From: the human T2T-CHM13v2.0 reference genome, Homo sapiens
DNA: 64,000 nucleotides
NCBI RefSeq assembly: GCF_009914755.1
Contig: NC_060926.1
Reading direction: 5' to 3' (one strand)
This document shows, one piece after another, positions 58,006 through 64,000 of the stretch. Every line of letters begins with the position of its first letter. Position 1 is the stretch's first letter. Both the position numbers and the translations under genes were made by a program. Under the pieces are notes generated by a model. That model was not told where the DNA came from. It saw only the letters and a list, made by a program, of their open reading frames with translations, and searched no databases.

Positions 58006-58618
58006 GAAGTGTCAATTTCTATATTTATTTTTTAAAAAATTGTTGATGGGTCAGTTGAATCAGTTTCATTCCAACAGCAATGGTGTCACCCAGGAGAAGT
58101 GCCCACAGTTCCCACTCCAGACCCCATGCAGTTTTGCAGGACTTCTGCCAAGGGTGAGGGCCAGGGCATAAGGACTAATGGCAACACTGCTCTGCCTAAG
58201 GGGACCAACTACATTTGGAAGAGATAATGGAGAATTCTATACCTATGGGTATTGCCCCCACAAAGGGAGATCTTGGTAGAAGTAATTAAGATAGCATTCA
58301 TATCTCCATGATCCCTGTAACAAGCTGTATGGCAGAGAAGCCAGTTTAATAGAACTGGGGAAAGAGACAGCCAAGACCAAGAAGAGCACTCTGAGGTTGA
58401 TGGACAACCCCGGGTCCTGTGAAGGTTGTGTTCAAGTGTAGGATCCACTCAACCAGGGAGAATCAGAGGTAAATACTTGCAAATATTCCCAGAGCTTCAC
58501 ACAGGTTAGTCAACATCACTTGCACTAAGGGCTTGAGCACAACCTCTGACCAAAGACTCACTGAATGATAAGCTACTCTAAGGCACAGTGACTCCTAGAA
58601 AGTTAGGCTGAAATAGTA

Positions 58619-64000
<5,382 letters not shown>

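Larger units (their letters stand above)
56686..58068 (-). mobile_element. MER4-group ERV1 solo LTR hosting three nested insertions
   Basis: Segments 56686-56862, 57417-57648 and 58021-58068 read collinearly (TATTACAGAAACACCAGGG...CAGTTTCA). Confidence 0.7.

Overview
Primate (human-like) non-coding DNA made almost entirely of nested transposable-element relics. I see no supportable host protein-coding exon, RNA gene or CRISPR array. From left to right: a 5'-truncated HERV9/LTR12 remnant with an env TM fragment (1-1537); about 33 kb of old, mostly minus-strand L1M pieces interrupted by Alus, MaLR/ERV solo LTRs and MER2/MER47; a 34-bp VNTR (36.3-37.0 kb); a full-length but dead L1PA5-like element (39633-45760, minus); a more unique stretch at 46-56 kb; a deeply nested LTR complex (56.2-58.1 kb); and a Tigger1 carrying a 5'-truncated L1PA3-like insertion (60.9-63.8 kb, plus). 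The most notable signal is not a gene. At least five short (90-285 bp) copies of nearby DNA have been pasted into older repeats, three of them inverted and several with stuttered, re-templated junction sequence, consistent with templated-insertion break repair. The two inverted L1PA copies also share non-consensus variants in patches, which suggests gene conversion. Subfamily names are from recall of consensus sequences and were not verified with RepeatMasker/Dfam.
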